This document shows positions 10,575 through 24,300 of a stretch of 64,000 nt of DNA, piece by piece. The notes beneath the pieces were generated by a model, which saw only the letters and a program-made list of their open reading frames with translations, did no database searches and was not told the DNA's origin. Made by a program: the position numbers and the translations under genes. Numbering within the stretch: the first letter of the stretch is position 1; each line of letters begins with the position of its first letter. This DNA is from Eledone cirrhosa (taxonomy: Eukaryota): NCBI GenBank assembly GCA_964016885.1, contig OZ024742.1, positions 139,562,001-139,626,000 of the forward strand. Reading direction: 5' to 3'.

Positions 10575-13045
10575 GACAGGTAAATAAAGAGACTTACGGA
10601 AATGAGCAAAACGACGTCCGATCACACCAATAGCCAATAATAATAATGAACTAAGCAACTGGAAATCATCAGACCCAGATGGTGTGCAAGGATATTGGAT
10701 AAAAAATATAACATCCCTCCACCCAAAACTGACAGCCATGTTCAATGACTGTTTGGTGTCGGGTGAAGTACCAGTATGGTTGACAAAAAGTACCAGAATT
10801 CTGGTAATGAAAGACCGAATCAAGGCTAATGAGGTTACCAACTGTAGGCCTATCACATGTCTGTCCATAAGGTTGAAACTGCTAACAAGCTTTGTATCAG
10901 AGGTAATCTACTATCACCTCCACATAAACAACTTATTGCCAGACGAACAGAAAGGATGCCAAAAGAAGTCCCGTGGCACAAAAGACCAGTTATTTATTGA
11001 TAAGATGGTAATGAGGAATTGCAAGAGGAGGCATACTGGTCTTGCTATGGGATGGATAGATTACAAGAAGGCATTCAACATGGTTCCTCATTCTTGGATA
11101 ACCAAAAGCCTAGAGATTTTCAAGGTGGCAGACAACATCAGACAGCTATTAAGTAAAAGTATGAAGTCCTGGGAAACAGAGCTAACATCAGGTGGAGGAT
11201 CCTTGGAAGGAGTGAAGATCAAGAGAGGTATCTTCCAAGAAGATAGTTTGTCCTCTTTGTTGTTTATCCTTACACTCATACCCTTGTCCCTCGTATTGTG
11301 AAAAGTGAAAGCATGATACAAGCTGGGAAGAGGAGAGCTTACCATCAACCACCTCTTCTTCATGGATGATCTAAAACTCTTTGGGAAAAGCGAGAAGTTG
11401 GATGTACTTGTTAGCATTGTCTGTATTTTCAACAATGATATACGTATGGAATTTGGTGTTAATAAGTGTAGCGTCCTAGTGATGAAGAGGATTAAATTGA
11501 ACAGAAACAATGGAATCCAGGTACCAACAGGTGAGATGATAAAGGAAATCAACACTGAAGAGAGATACAAATATTTAGGTGTTCTGGAGGCAGGTGACAT
11601 CAAGAACAATAAAATGAAGGAATTGATAAGATTTGAATACATAAGGAGAGTAAGGAACATACTAAAATCACATCTAAATAATAGGAATGTCATAAGTGCA
11701 GTAAATTCCCGAGCTGTGTCTATTATAGGTGCAGTGAGGGAATTCTGAAATGGGATGTTACTGAACAAAAAGAAATAGATAGAAAGACTAGTGGGTTGGA
11801 CACCGTGCTTTGTAGCATAGAGTTACGTCCCTTTACAGTTTTGGTTCAAATCCTGCTGAGGTTAACTTTGCCTTTCATCCTTACGGGTTCGATAAAATAA
11901 AGTATCATTATTACACTGGGATAATTACTGGCTTCTGCAAAAAGCAGAAACAATTATTAGGTACAGTATGGGAATTCTGAAATGGAATGTTACTGAACAA
12001 AAAGAAATGGATAGAAAGACTAGGAAGCTAATGACTACCTACAGCATGTTCCACAAGAGTGATGTCGATAGACTCTACTGAAGGAGATCTGAAGGTGGAA
12101 GAGGTTTTATCAGCATAGAGGACTGTGTTCAGATAGAGAAAAGCAGTCTGCACAAATATGTGTCTGGGAGTAGGGAATCAATGTTCAAAGTTGTACTGAA
12201 GGAGAAGACAATAGACCAGGGGAAGTCCAAGGAGGAAGTAACAACAACAAGGAAGAGCAATCTTAACGAAAAATCCCTACAGAGCAACTTTTTTAAGAAA
12301 ACGGAATTCAGAGATCCACAGACATGGAACTGGTTAAAAAGAGGAGATCATAAAAAAGCTACAGAAGGAATGTCAATGGCTGCACAAGAGCAAGCCCTCA
12401 GACCGAAGTGGGTGAAACACCATATTTACAAGGCGGAGGCTCACTGTGTAGGATCTGTGGAGAGAGAGAGGAGACGGTGGATCACTTTGTATCCGGATGT
12501 AAAGACGTATACCAGACTCACTATAAAGGCAGGAGGCATGATATAATAGGAAAGGTGATTCACTGGCATTTATGCAAACTAAGAAGTGGTATGAGCATAA
12601 GCCAGAGTCGGTGATAGAAAACGATCAAGTGAAGGTGCTATGTGATTTCAGCATACAGACAGACAAGAAATTAGAACACAATAGGCCTGACCTGGTGGTA
12701 TTTGACAAGGAAAAAAGATCATGCCTGATCGTAGATGTAGCTTGCCCACTTTAACACAAGAGTGCATTAATAAGGATTTGGGATTGTCATGAGAGCAAAG
12801 TCATCCCGATTATCATAGGAGCACTAGGTAGTATCTCAATGAGTTTTCAAGGATGGTTAAAGAACATTAGTCCAGCCCCCTTTTATGGAACACTTCAAAA
12901 GGTATGCTTGCTTGGAAGAGCAAGAACCCTCTGATACGTCCTGATATCTGAGGCTGGAGGTAGCGGCTTGAGGTTCATTTGAACAAACTTTCCAGTTAAA
13001 TAACATCAATGACTGAGATTCCAAGAATAACAATAATAATAATGA
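10575..13045 (+). mobile_element. R4/Dong-clade non-LTR retrotransposon (RT, CCHC, restriction-like endonuclease), 5'-truncated and degenerate
   Basis: EQKGC, WIDYKKAFNMVPHSWI, RGIFQEDSLS, MDDLKLF, YKYLG, CRICGEREETVDHFVSGC, RHD, RPDLVV..IVDVACP; (TAA)n tail. Confidence 0.9.
11792..11958 (+). mobile_element. SINE family 1 nested in the R4/Dong element
   Basis: Same body as 4712-4900; flanked by a ~70-bp direct duplication. Confidence 0.88.
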
Positions 13046-13049
13046 AAAT

Positions 13050-16000
13050 AATAAGAATTTATTCATTGGCCACAAGGACCTACATATAGGGGTCAATAGA
13101 AGAGAGATACAGTGGGGGTTTCCATATAAAGCATGTAAAATATATAAATAACAACAAAATAACAATACAAATACAATAATGAAAATTCGCCAGTAGGGGG
13201 GATAACCACCCATGGTTGACTCAGGTACCCCAACAATCCTGAACCACCCAATGCTTCGAGGGCATCCCTCTCCTCCTCAAATTAACAAGCCTACAGGCAC
13301 ATGCTCAGAGTAGGCCCATTCACACGGGTCATTCTTACCACATTCACCTACCTTTTAGCAAATGTACTGGGATGGGAAGGGGCAACACTTTTCTCTCCAC
13401 CCTCACCTTCCTTTCCAAGTGAAACTTGAAAAAGTTGATGAGGGATTGGCTGAAGAGAAAAGTGTCTGGTTTCAGTCCTTTCAACCTGGTCCACCATACA
13501 AACTCTTTCGCTACAGCCACAAGACAGGAAAATTGCCTGCCCTTCCCAGCCAAAAGAAGGTGGTGGGTTGATCTTCACTATGGACTCAGACAATAGTTGG
13601 ATCTGTTCTACATGCAACAACAGCTGTTCGACATATCTCCACAAGTCAGTAAAGCACAGACATTGGACAAGTGAATGCAGAACGGTTTTGTTGCTCTGCG
13701 CATATCTCTGGCTGGTCCATCTGACAGCACTTCTGTGCTTGTAGATTTTATCTCAAACCAGCGGTGCACCTCAGTAGCACTGCCAAACAAAGGATTTCTG
13801 GAAGTAATCTATTGACCCCGGCTCGAAAGTCCTCTGGAAAGGACTGATCTGTTCAACTTGGTCAATGCCTAGAGCCTCACCGAGTAAGCTGTCGCACTCA
13901 CCCTCCACTAATCCTCTATAGAACTCGAGAGTAGAAGTTCTACTGACCGCATTGTCCGCCTGGTAGAGGGCAAGGAATGTCTGGCAAGATTCAAGATACC
14001 AGGCACCCAGTCTCAGTCTATTTTTGACCCAGGACTGCTGCTCAGTCAAAGAGATGAGCTGCAGAAAGGCCCGACTGACAAACGGGGACCACAACTGTTC
14101 ATTTTAGGCAGAATATCTGGAGATGCCACAGCCCCAGTGCATGTTCGCACATCATTAGCCACAGCATGCCCAGCCCGCTACATAGAGGTTGATGGCAGTA
14201 GATGGACAGCCTCATAAACGGAACCTGTCCCTCCACAAGGAGTTGAAGAGGAGACGCTCCAATTTGGCAAAGTGTAAGTGGAGGCAAGGCATGACGGTCA
14301 GGCGGTAGTAGATGTTGGATGCAATGTACACATATGCACCTGCATCAGACCTTTCAGGGACAGCTTCCTCTCAGCCCATTTCTGGATGAGAGTGGCTACC
14401 CTGATCGGGATGATGTCATTCCAATTCTTATCCACCTGGAGGTCTGGTCTGAACCAAACCCCGAGCAACTTTACCGGTCTATCTGTCCAGCGCCCGACGA
14501 CACTGTTGTATGACATGGACTTGCCTCTCCAGGTGCCGAGCTGCAAGCCCACCAACTAATTCGGGTCAAATTTTGCTCCCATCAATCTTTCATAATCCCC
14601 CAAGAAGGTGCCAACCACCTTGATTTCCAAGTGTTCGACACCATCACATTGATGTCATCCGCATAAGCCAACACAGTCAGTCTTTCTGCATCCCAGTTCG
14701 AGTGGAATGCCCCATAACAGCTCCAATGAAGTAAAGGCTCGAGAGTCAATATGTACAGAAGGGAGGAGAGAGAGCTCCCTTAAAGGACCAATTGAGAGAT
14801 CTGAAATGATTCTGAAAGGTGGCCATTAACTTTGGCCATTGAGCAAGTGCCACTGTGCATTGCAGGGATCTAGTCTCTAAAGGCAGGACCAAAGCCAGCT
14901 GCCTTAGGAGAGCCTATAGGTATTGATGGCCGACACTATCAAAAGCTTTTGATTGATCTACATTGATCACTGACTCACTGAAGCCAGATTTAAACCGCAC
15001 CCTCCATGTGATGTATCGCATAAGGTGGAGGTTGTCATGTATGGACCGAGTCGGGATTGCGCAAGTTTACGCTTTCCATACCAAATCCTTGACAAGTGCC
15101 AACCTCTTCAGAAATACCATAGCCAAATTCTTAAACTCTGTGTTGAGCAGAGTTATGGGCCTGAAATTATCTAAAGTATCCCTCTAGTTTTCGTATTTCC
15201 TCATCAGTGTCACTACGCCCTGGCTCACAGAACTGGGAATATTCCCGTTGTGCTGTCAGTTGCACTAGAGCACTTTAAGGAGATAGGAGAACAAGCCTGG
15301 AATGTCTAAGTAATGCTCGTAGGGCAGACCATCCAAACAAGGTTACTTGCACCTCGTGCAGACTAGGGCATCCTGAATTTTGGCTGAAGTTGTCGGCCAT
15401 TTGCAGTGCTCACTACGATAGGCTGGTCAGAGACGCAGTAAGCTGTCAAGATAGTGACCGAAATCCGCCACGGTCTCCAAACAGCTAAGCATGTTGCTCG
15501 CGAAAGGCCTCACATATCTGCCTGGAATCAATCAGCTCGCGGGCCCATCAAACGTGCCTTACTTCTGACAATGCAAACATTGTCTTTCGCATTGAAGAAA
15601 TGGTCTAATGCCATTCTTGCTGCTAGCATGTCAGTTGCAATGCTACTACTACAAATAGCCTCATCTAATTTAGCTACCAGCACCTTTCTATCTTTCTCTA
15701 ATGCTACTTCTTTGTTAAACCCTATTGACATTACTCTAATCTCTCTTTTGAGAGCCCCCTACCACCTGCTGTTAACAACCTCCTTGTCAATGTTTGCTTA
15801 ACTAAATTATTGACCCAATCCCTCTAAGCCTAACATGCACATCTTATCCAGGTTGAGCATACAGATCACAAACTTGTGATTAGAATAGGCAGCTGTTTGT
15901 ATTCTCATCTATTGTGCTAAAAAAAAAAACCTATCTATATATGATTTAGATGACCCTATGCAGTTGTTCCAAGTCCACACTGGCGCATTAGGGAAATCTT

Positions 16001-18420
16001 GTTGGTACCTGTCAGACAGTTGGAACTGGCTGATCAGGTACTTGAGGCTTTGCATACCCCGCTCTTATCAGCTACTCCCACACAATCGCAGCATGCATCT
16101 AAGATGCTGTTCCAGTCCCCCGCTAACAGTAAAGGGCGAGATGTTCCCAGAAAGGATCCCAGGCGCCTAAAGAAGTCTGGCCGTCCAGCCCCGATCAGGG
16201 CGTAGACGGCCGCCAGTCTAAAGGCACCACCTTTGCTATTGTTCACGTCCTGGACCACTAACTTACTGTCTGGGTCCTGGAAGATCGACCTTATCTCAAG
16301 ATCCAGGCCTTTCCTAAACAGAACTGCCACCTCACTTCCCATTCCCAGCCAACTAACAGATGCGAAGATTTGATAGTCATCAAAAGTGGGGGCTAGTGCA
16401 TGCGTCTCACTGATAGCAATTGCATCCATATCTAGAGACCTGCTCAATAGAGCAGGCAACCCTTTTCCCGGATGACCCCAGGTCATGAACATTTATGTAT
16501 CCTACCTACTCTTTAGGATCACCATGTTGGCAGGCTAGAAGAGAGAGGGGGAAAAGGTTTACTTACCTCCCAGGGTTTTGTGGAGGTCGGGTGGTTCACC
16601 CTCCATGGTTGGTGGGGTTTCCTCTGGGAACCGCTTTAAAATTCTAGATGTAGGATTCACATTCGAAGTTCCCACATCCTAAAGAAAGCTCTCTCTAATT
16701 CCTTTGTAGGAATCGAGCAACATTCATACCAGAAACAAATCTTCTGACACGCGAATTGTGCTCTATTCAGAAATCCCCACCCTCTGTCTGAATTTCTTCA
16801 CTTCGGGCTATGAGGGCCACAAATTCCTCGTTGGCCCTTCTAACAAGCACAATGTTTTGTGTGCTTTGTAGTTGTTGTTTCTTTGTTTGCGTTTGGTGAT
16901 TGTGGTGGTGATGGTTTTGTTGATGTTGTTTTGGGTGCGTCTGTGTTTGTTGTGGGTGTGGTGCCTGCGATTTCAGTTGTCTGTGTATTCTTTTGTTCTT
17001 GTGTCTGTTTGTTGTTTGTGTTTGGGGGATTGCAGTAATGGTGGTGGTGTTGTTGGGGAAGTGTTTGCATGGGTGGCATCTGCATTTTTTGTTGTAGGTG
17101 TTTTTATGCTGTGTGGAATCTTTTTTTTTATTTTTTGGTGGGGTTTGGAATTTTCCCCCATCTTCAATACTGGAAGACGAGGGGTATGTGGCTATAAGTG
17201 TGTCTGTGTCTGTGTGTGTCTTTATCTATTTGTCCATTTGTATATGTGGGGGGTGGAATGGGAGAGCCTTCCACGTTTCCCCTTTGGGTGGCCAATATGG
17301 ATGGTGGCGTTTCCATTGGTGTTGCCACTGCTGGTGTTGGTGGTGGTCCTCATCGGCAGTTGAGGGCAGAAGGCTCGCAAATGCATTGTTTCGCTACAGA
17401 CAAATCAATGCGGCCTTTTGCCCTCAGTCATTATATGTAATACCGTCCCATTCTGGAGATGGATGTGGTCTGGTTTTTTTTTTACATATTCAGGTCCGAT
17501 CTGGAGAAGTATCTCCAGGTTAACCTTGGACCAATCCTGCCTGGCAGAACTCATAACCTCGATCAGGATGGTATCCGTCTCCTCCATGTTCACATGTCCC
17601 AGGAGCCACCACATGTCTAGTCCTGGTGGAATCTCAGGAATGCGGACACGAGCTGTTCTTTTTCCCATGAGCAAGGGGTACATAATGACATTGCTTGTTT
17701 TGCAAGGGGTCATCGTGTGTTTCATAGCAAGGTCTTCTGACTTAAACAGCACTGAAATGGTGCCATATTGTCTGTCCCTCGCTATGTACCTCAGCACAGC
17801 TTCAATGTCTGTTTGGTCAATTATTGCTGCTTTCTTTGTCTCCGCTGAAATGCATCTGAAATTCACCGTTCTTCTCTCTACCACTTCTATATCTTCTACC
17901 GGGACAGTTAAGTTGGCCCAGGCTTGCTCTTGTTTGATGAGCTTCCAAGCAGGGGCCAACTTTTTATCTTTGTCAGTGAGGCCCATGCTGAAGCATGGCC
18001 TCTTTTTTGGCTGCTGCAGCAGCAAATGTATTATTGTCATTGGTGTTGTTGTCGTTGTTCTTGTTGGTGTTGTTGCTGTTGTCGCTGTTGCAGTTGGTGA
18101 TATTCTTGGTGCCACTTTTGTTGTTGCTTTCTTGCCTCGTTTCATTGTTGCCGTCACTGTTCATGTTGTTGTCGCTGTCATTTGTGTTCGTGTTTTGTTT
18201 TTTGTTTCTGTTATTTCAGTGGTGGAGGAAGGGTTGGTGGTGGTGATGTTTGTCGTGTTTTCCGTGCCTACAGTTGTTGTGGTGATGTCAGTGGCATTCA
18301 CTGTGATAAACATTGGCTGATCTGTAAAGTCTGCTTTGTTTTCACGAGATAAATTTTGGTCACTGCTGCTGTTGCTGTTGTTCTTGCTGTTGTTGCTACT
18401 GTCATTGTTTTCAGAATTTT
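13050..18420 (-). mobile_element. Tx1/L1-clade LINE copy 2, near full length and degenerate
   Basis: ORF1 17405-18157, homologous to 9591-10043; APE AIAISETH, FRLAAVYA, LLAGDWN; RT remnants including VKLLGVWF; AATAAA near the 3' end. Confidence 0.87.
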
Positions 18421-18429
18421 GACTGTTCC

Positions 18430-19010
18430 ACTCTATAGACAGCCCGCCATTCCGTTTAGTAGATGCAACATTTTTGTCCGCTATCTGAACAAAAAGGCTA
18501 TAAACGAGGGAGTTATGGGTACAAAGATCAGCTACTGATAAATAGACTCACAACAGAAAACTGCAACCAGAAAAAGAAAAACCTGTCAATGGCCTGGATA
18601 CACTACAAGAAGGTATTTGACAGCGTACCTCATTCATGGATCATAAAGATACTAGAAATGTATCACATGGCACCCGAGATCACAGCTTTCCTGAAGGCAA
18701 TGATGACAAACTAGAAAACTACGATGTTCCTTCAACAACACAATGGACCACTGGAATCTAGACAGATCAAGATTAATCATGGAATATTTCAAGGCAACTC
18801 ATTGTCCCCTTTGTTGTTCTGTATGTCACTTGCTCCATTAAGTCAGCTACTGTGGAAGACAGGCTATGGATATAAAATAGACAACAGACACTACAGTCAC
18901 CTTCTTTATATGGATGATATCAAGCTATTTGGAAACAATGATGGGCAGCTGGAAGGTTTACTGCACACAGTGAAACAATTCAGTAATGACGTCCATATGG
19001 AATTTAGACA
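18430..19010 (+). mobile_element. R4/Dong RT fragment
   Basis: EQKGYKRGSYGYKDQLLI, WIHYKKVFDSVPHSWI, GIFQGNSLSPLLF, HLLYMDDIKLF. Confidence 0.88.
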
Positions 19011-19365
19011 TTTTTCTGCGGCATGAACCCAATATTGCTCTAACCAACAGTTACGGTGATGTAATGATAACGTGGACCACGACCAGATATGATGCCCAAC
19101 CTGACTTGCAGATGAAATAATGGATCACATGTTGAGATGTAACTGTAAATCTATCAACAATTCAGTTTAGGAACTTTACTCCGCGCCTGCAAACTCAACC
19201 AATGAGAAGGCGAATATATCTACTACTAGAACTTAGTAAGAAAAGAGATTCATTTGTCTGCTGGAAACACAACTGGATGGTAATACACGACTAGGGACAT
19301 ATACCCACGGTTGCATAACTGCACCTAAAATTGTTTCTGATGAAGTCACATGCATAACCATGTAA

Positions 19366-20143
19366 CCATCATCATCATCATCATTTTACATCCACTTTTC
19401 CTTGCTTGCAAGGGTGGGAAGGTCTTATTAAGCACGGCATCTCTCCATTCGTCACGGTCACTTGTCGTCTCCTCCGTGAGCTTCAGCGATCTGAGGTCTG
19501 CTCTCACCACCTCCGCCCATGTTTTTTGTGGTCTTCCTTCCACTGGGACCTATTGGCACTTCTTTACCCAGCGATCATCCTCATCGTGCATCACATATCC
19601 ATACCAATGCAGTCTTCTCTCCCGCACACTACAGCCTATCCCCCTTATACAGTTTCTCTCTCAACTCGTCCATGCTTGGTCATATACGCACACTGACATT
19701 GCACATCCAACGGAGCATGCTTGCTTCATTTCTTTCCAGCCATCGCATATCTTCCACAGTTGCTGCTCATGTCTCACTACCATGCACCATCGCACATCTC
19801 ACACAGGCATCATATAAACAGCCTTCCGTTCGTAGGGAGAAACCCTTCTTTGTCAACAGAGGAAGCAGCTCCTTAAACTTCTTGCAACCCGTCCTTTTTC
19901 TGGAAACTATGGCCTCGGAGCACCCTCCTCCCTTACTAATCTGATCACCTAGGTATCAGAAGCTATCAACCACCTCTATAGGTCCTACCCACATTTGAAA
20001 AATGTGTCTATCACTGCGACTTCTACTACTGTCAAATTTCTCTGTACATCTATTGCATATATAGTTTCCCCTACCTGTTAACTTGCCTGCTATCCCACTA
20101 CATCTCTTGTGTACCCAAGATCTGCACTGTGTACATTTTATGG
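19366..20143 (-). mobile_element. RTE LINE (family C) 3' part, apparently inserted into an older LINE tail (19013-19365 plus 20144-20210)
   Basis: CTQCRSWVHKRCSG (PHD), IEVVDSF, GRPQKTW; (GAT)n tail. The right flank cattgtagcactttggctgcctcat matches 60740-60765. Confidence 0.85.
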
Positions 20144-20339
20144 TCATTGTAGCACTTTGGCTGCCTCATCCATCTCCAAATGCAGGAGCTTCTATGTCTA
20201 AGTCTAAGCAAAATAACAGATGAAGTCGAAATGTTTACAACTTTCACCTTTGCAATTTAATATTTAAATCACATCCTTCACTATTACCATATTTGTAGCT
20301 TTACATACTTGTGTATGTAAAGTTTTTTTGAAATTAAAT

Positions 20340-20745
20340 ATTAGTCAATGACAACTGCATGGAAGTCGAATAAAATTACTCCTGAGGTCAGAAAACATTT
20401 TGTAAGGTTTGTAACTTTAACCTTGACTCTTTTGTGACCTTAATCCCCACTTATTTTTCTTTCCTCTTTGCATATCATTCCTACATGCCAACACACTCCT
20501 CTCTTAATTATCTATAAGTTTCATCTACTTTTCACCCATCACATCTTTCTGTCTCTCAATTATGATCACTGGCTTTATGTGTTTAGGGTTATTTTTACCC
20601 AACTTCCATGCTGTTGTCATTGACAGATTTTAGCTGTTTTGAAAGATATTCTTGTGTCCTAGCTTTCAACTCATTCCTCAAAATTTCAAATACACTCATG
20701 CTTTGACTCCATAACCTTCAAAACACCCAATGTTTATTTAAATGT
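20340..20745. mobile_element. MITE-like foldback, same family as 39247-39570
   Basis: gtcaatgacaactgcatggaagtcg (20344) pairs with caacttccatgctgttgtcattgac (~20600-20624). Confidence 0.55.
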
Positions 20746-21032
20746 TGGTATTATAGTAAAATATATTTAGTTTTAGCTTACAGTTAGCAATTTTGGTTCT
20801 GTTTTATGAGGTTTTTGATGTGGTCATTTGTTCTATACGTAATCTGTTTTATATGATGTACTTTATGTGTTTTTTTGCATATTTTTAATATGTGTTGCCT
20901 AATCTTTGGCATTATAGTTGTTTCTAAATTATTCTATAGCTTTGTTCAATAAATAGGCTTTAATTCTTTAGTTCGTATTAGCTATCATGGCTAAGGCCAT
21001 GATGGAGTACTGTAAAATTAAATTATACTTAC

Positions 21033-21123
21033 ACATCAGTTTGGTTGAAAAAATCCGGTGATGTAAAATATTGTTTCTCTTCATCAGCCTCCATATATGA
21101 GTCATTACGTAAATCCTGATTCA
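21033..21123 (-). CDS. CUB-D part 1 exon
   Basis: Acceptor tttgttag, donor gtaagt; 91 nt, phase 1 to 2. LNQDLRNDSYMEADEEKQYFTSPDFFNQTD(V); the YFTSPDF motif is shared with CUB-B. Confidence 0.85.
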
Positions 21124-21384
21124 CTAACAAAACAGAGAGTTAAATACAACAAATATTCATGTTTGCAAAAGAAATAGAGCTTCATGTAATTCCTTATGTT
21201 TGTTTAGATGATGTACTTATTGTCTGATGAAAGCCTTAAAATGTTTAAAAATCAATCCAAGATATCTACCACTTTATCAAATTAAAGAGAAATATATGAA
21301 TTTGGCCTGTTTATATACCTAAATACTCAATGGATAAATTTATATACTCATGAATGAGTATATAAATTTATATATATATATAAT

Positions 21385-24300
21385 GCATTGTCTATAAGCC
21401 TACAGGCCTCCCCCTCTCTCTCTCTTAGCAAGTATAAAATGAACCTGTTGGTCGTCAAAAATTTCAGAATTCTTCAAATCTTCATCCCTGCCAAAGGGAC
21501 GTTTGAGAAATGTAATGTATTTACGCCATTTTCTTGTCTCTCTCTATGTTTTACGCAGTCCATTTACTTAGAATCCAAGCTTTCAATTTTATTCGTTAAT
21601 TTTGTCAGACCCTCAAAAACAATCTTCTTGTATTTAAACTCTGATTACTGTTATACGTTCGTTTAATAACCTTCTCGTATTTAAACACTGATTACTGTTA
21701 TACCTCCGTTTATAGGTTTAAATTAAAAAAGATAACCTAGTTAATTTCCCCATATCCCTGCCCCCCACCCCCACTCGGCACCATTATTAGATGGTCCAAT
21801 CATAATTCAGCGGCTTATACGTCTCTCTTACTAATCTCTTACACAAAACCACCGCCTCGGCTATTCGCTCCTTAAGTTTAAACCTGGTTGCCTTTGATAT
21901 GCTAGATGGACTGTGGGATTCTGGAGAGTACAAAGAATCTGGACACTCAAATGACAATGTCAAAGATAAAGATAAATTCACTTCATGTGGCCGGACAAAA
22001 ATGCAAGGATTCCTCTTTATTTCGGACGTGGATGGCAAACATAACCCTATCTCCCTCACCCCTCTCTACACCTCCAACCCATCCCTTCCACCCATCAAAC
22101 GAAATCCAAAACTTCAGAGTTGGTACCATGAATGTAGGCACTTTAAAAGGTCGCTCTAACGAGGTTGTAGAGATGCTTGAACGCAAGGAAGTTGATGCTT
22201 GTTGCGTCCAAGAGACTAAGTGGAGGGGTGGGTCTGCTAGATTCATTGTGGGTAAAAAAACGATGCTATAAACTTTTCTGGGTGGGAAATGAAAATGGGC
22301 TGGGTGGAGCAGGAATTATGTTAGCAGAAAAATGGGTAGATAAGGTAATTGATGTAAATAGAGTGAACGACAGAATAATCAAAATAAGACTTGTCCTAAA
22401 TAGAACTACTGTGACAATAATATCCGCTTACGCACCCAAATCTGGACTGCCTGGCGTTATATAAAAGACAGATTCTATGAGTCGCTAATGCTCACTACCT
22501 CCCAACTAACCGACAGTGACTACATAATTATTGCTGCTGACCTAAATGGTCATGTTGGACAATATTGTGACGGCTATGATGGAATCCATGGAGGCTACGG
22601 GTTTGGTACCAGAAATGAAGAAGGGTTCAGAATTCTGGAATTCTGTGACGCAATTAACCTAGCTATCTGCAACACAACACAAACTTCAAAAAACCAGATA
22701 ATCACTTGATCACCTATAGATCAAGGAAACACGCCAGTCAGATAGATTATATCCTTACCAGAAGACGTGACAAAGTGTCGGTTGTAAACACTAAATCCCT
22801 CCCCCGCGAAGAATGCACCTCCCAACATAGCCTCATAGTTAGTGACCTCATAGTCAGGATGAGATGTACTCGACAACAGAGGAGGACTACCCTGAGAAGA
22901 AGAATATGGAAGTTAAAGGACCCCACAGCCAGTAACCAATTTAAAAGCATACTACTTGATGCTTTTGACAGTAAGGACGAGCAATTAGAGACGTACAGTA
23001 TAGAGGAACAGTGGAAATTCCTGAAAGTTAAGCTGATGAAGGCAACAGATGAAATCTTTGGCTGGAGCAGACCTATAGGTAGGAGGAGAGTAATATGGTG
23101 GTGGAACAGTAAGGTGGAGGAGTCAATCAAGGCCAAAAAGCAAGCTTGGAAAGTATGGCCAGGAGGGAAGCTAGGAGACAAGTCTACCTTGCAAGAAGGG
23201 AAGCAGAGGAAAGAAAGTTCAAGCATGTTCTACAACGCGAGGTGTTCAGGATTGCTAGACAATGTATCAAGGAAAACCGTGATATTGTCGGGGAGAAGTG
23301 TGTCCATAATGATGATGGTATACTTGCCATCACTGATACTGATAAGAAGGTAGCTTGGAAGTGTCACTACGAGAGGCTACTAAAGTTGAAGGTAGTATAA
23401 TAAGTAAGGCAATCAAAGATATGAAGACAGGCAAAGCAGCTGGGCCTTCGGAGATAGTTGCTGAAATGCTGAAAGCATCTGGAACGGTGGGACACACTAT
23501 GGTCTTCCAGATAGTAAACCAAGTCATACAGAATGGGGTCATACCAAATGACTGGCGTAGCAGCAGCATCATTAACTGCTTCAAGGGTAAAGGAGATGCC
23601 CTAGATAGGGGAAACTATAAAGGCATGAAATTAATTGACCAGGTCATGAAGGTCACAGAAAAAGTTATAGCGCAACTAATCAGAGAGCGAATTGATCTAG
23701 ATGAAATGCAGTTTGGGTTTGTGTCAGGTAAAAGTACCACAGACACTCTTTTCATTGTACGACAACTACAGGAGAAGTACCTAGCTAAAAGTAAACCCCT
23801 ATACTTAGCTTTTATTGACTTGGAGAAAGCCTTTGACAGAGTCCCCCGCTCCATTATCTGGTGGGCTCTTAGAAAAGTAGGTGTTGATGAATGGCTCGTG
23901 AGAGCTATACAAGCCATGTATAAAGAAACAGTCAGCAAGGTTAGAATTAACAACGAATATAGTGAAGAATTTAGCGTAAAAGTCGGTGTTCATCAGGGCT
24001 CCGTCCTTAGCCCCTCCTATTTATTATTGCTCTTCAGGTTATAACAGAGGAGTTCAAGACCGGCTGCCCATGGGAACTTCTATATGCAGACGATCTAACG
24101 CTCATAGTTGAATCAATGGATGAACTAGAGAAGAAATTCCAAATATGGAAGCAGGGCCTAGAATCAAAAGGCCTTAAAATTAACTTGTCTAAGACTAAAG
24201 TTCTAGTATGTAGGAAGGAAAATAGTGCACTGGTCCCCTCTGGGAAATGACCATGCTGAGTGTGTAGGAAAGGAGTAGGTAGAAACTCCATTTTATGTCC

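Noticed and set aside
10034-10576. Hydrophobic V/L-rich or Cys-rich plus-strand ORFs (also 16872-18320)
   Set aside because: Antisense readings of (AAC)n-rich Tx1 ORF1 and spacer sequence.
21224-21260. CTGATGA as a hammerhead core
   Set aside because: No GAAA and no convincing stems.
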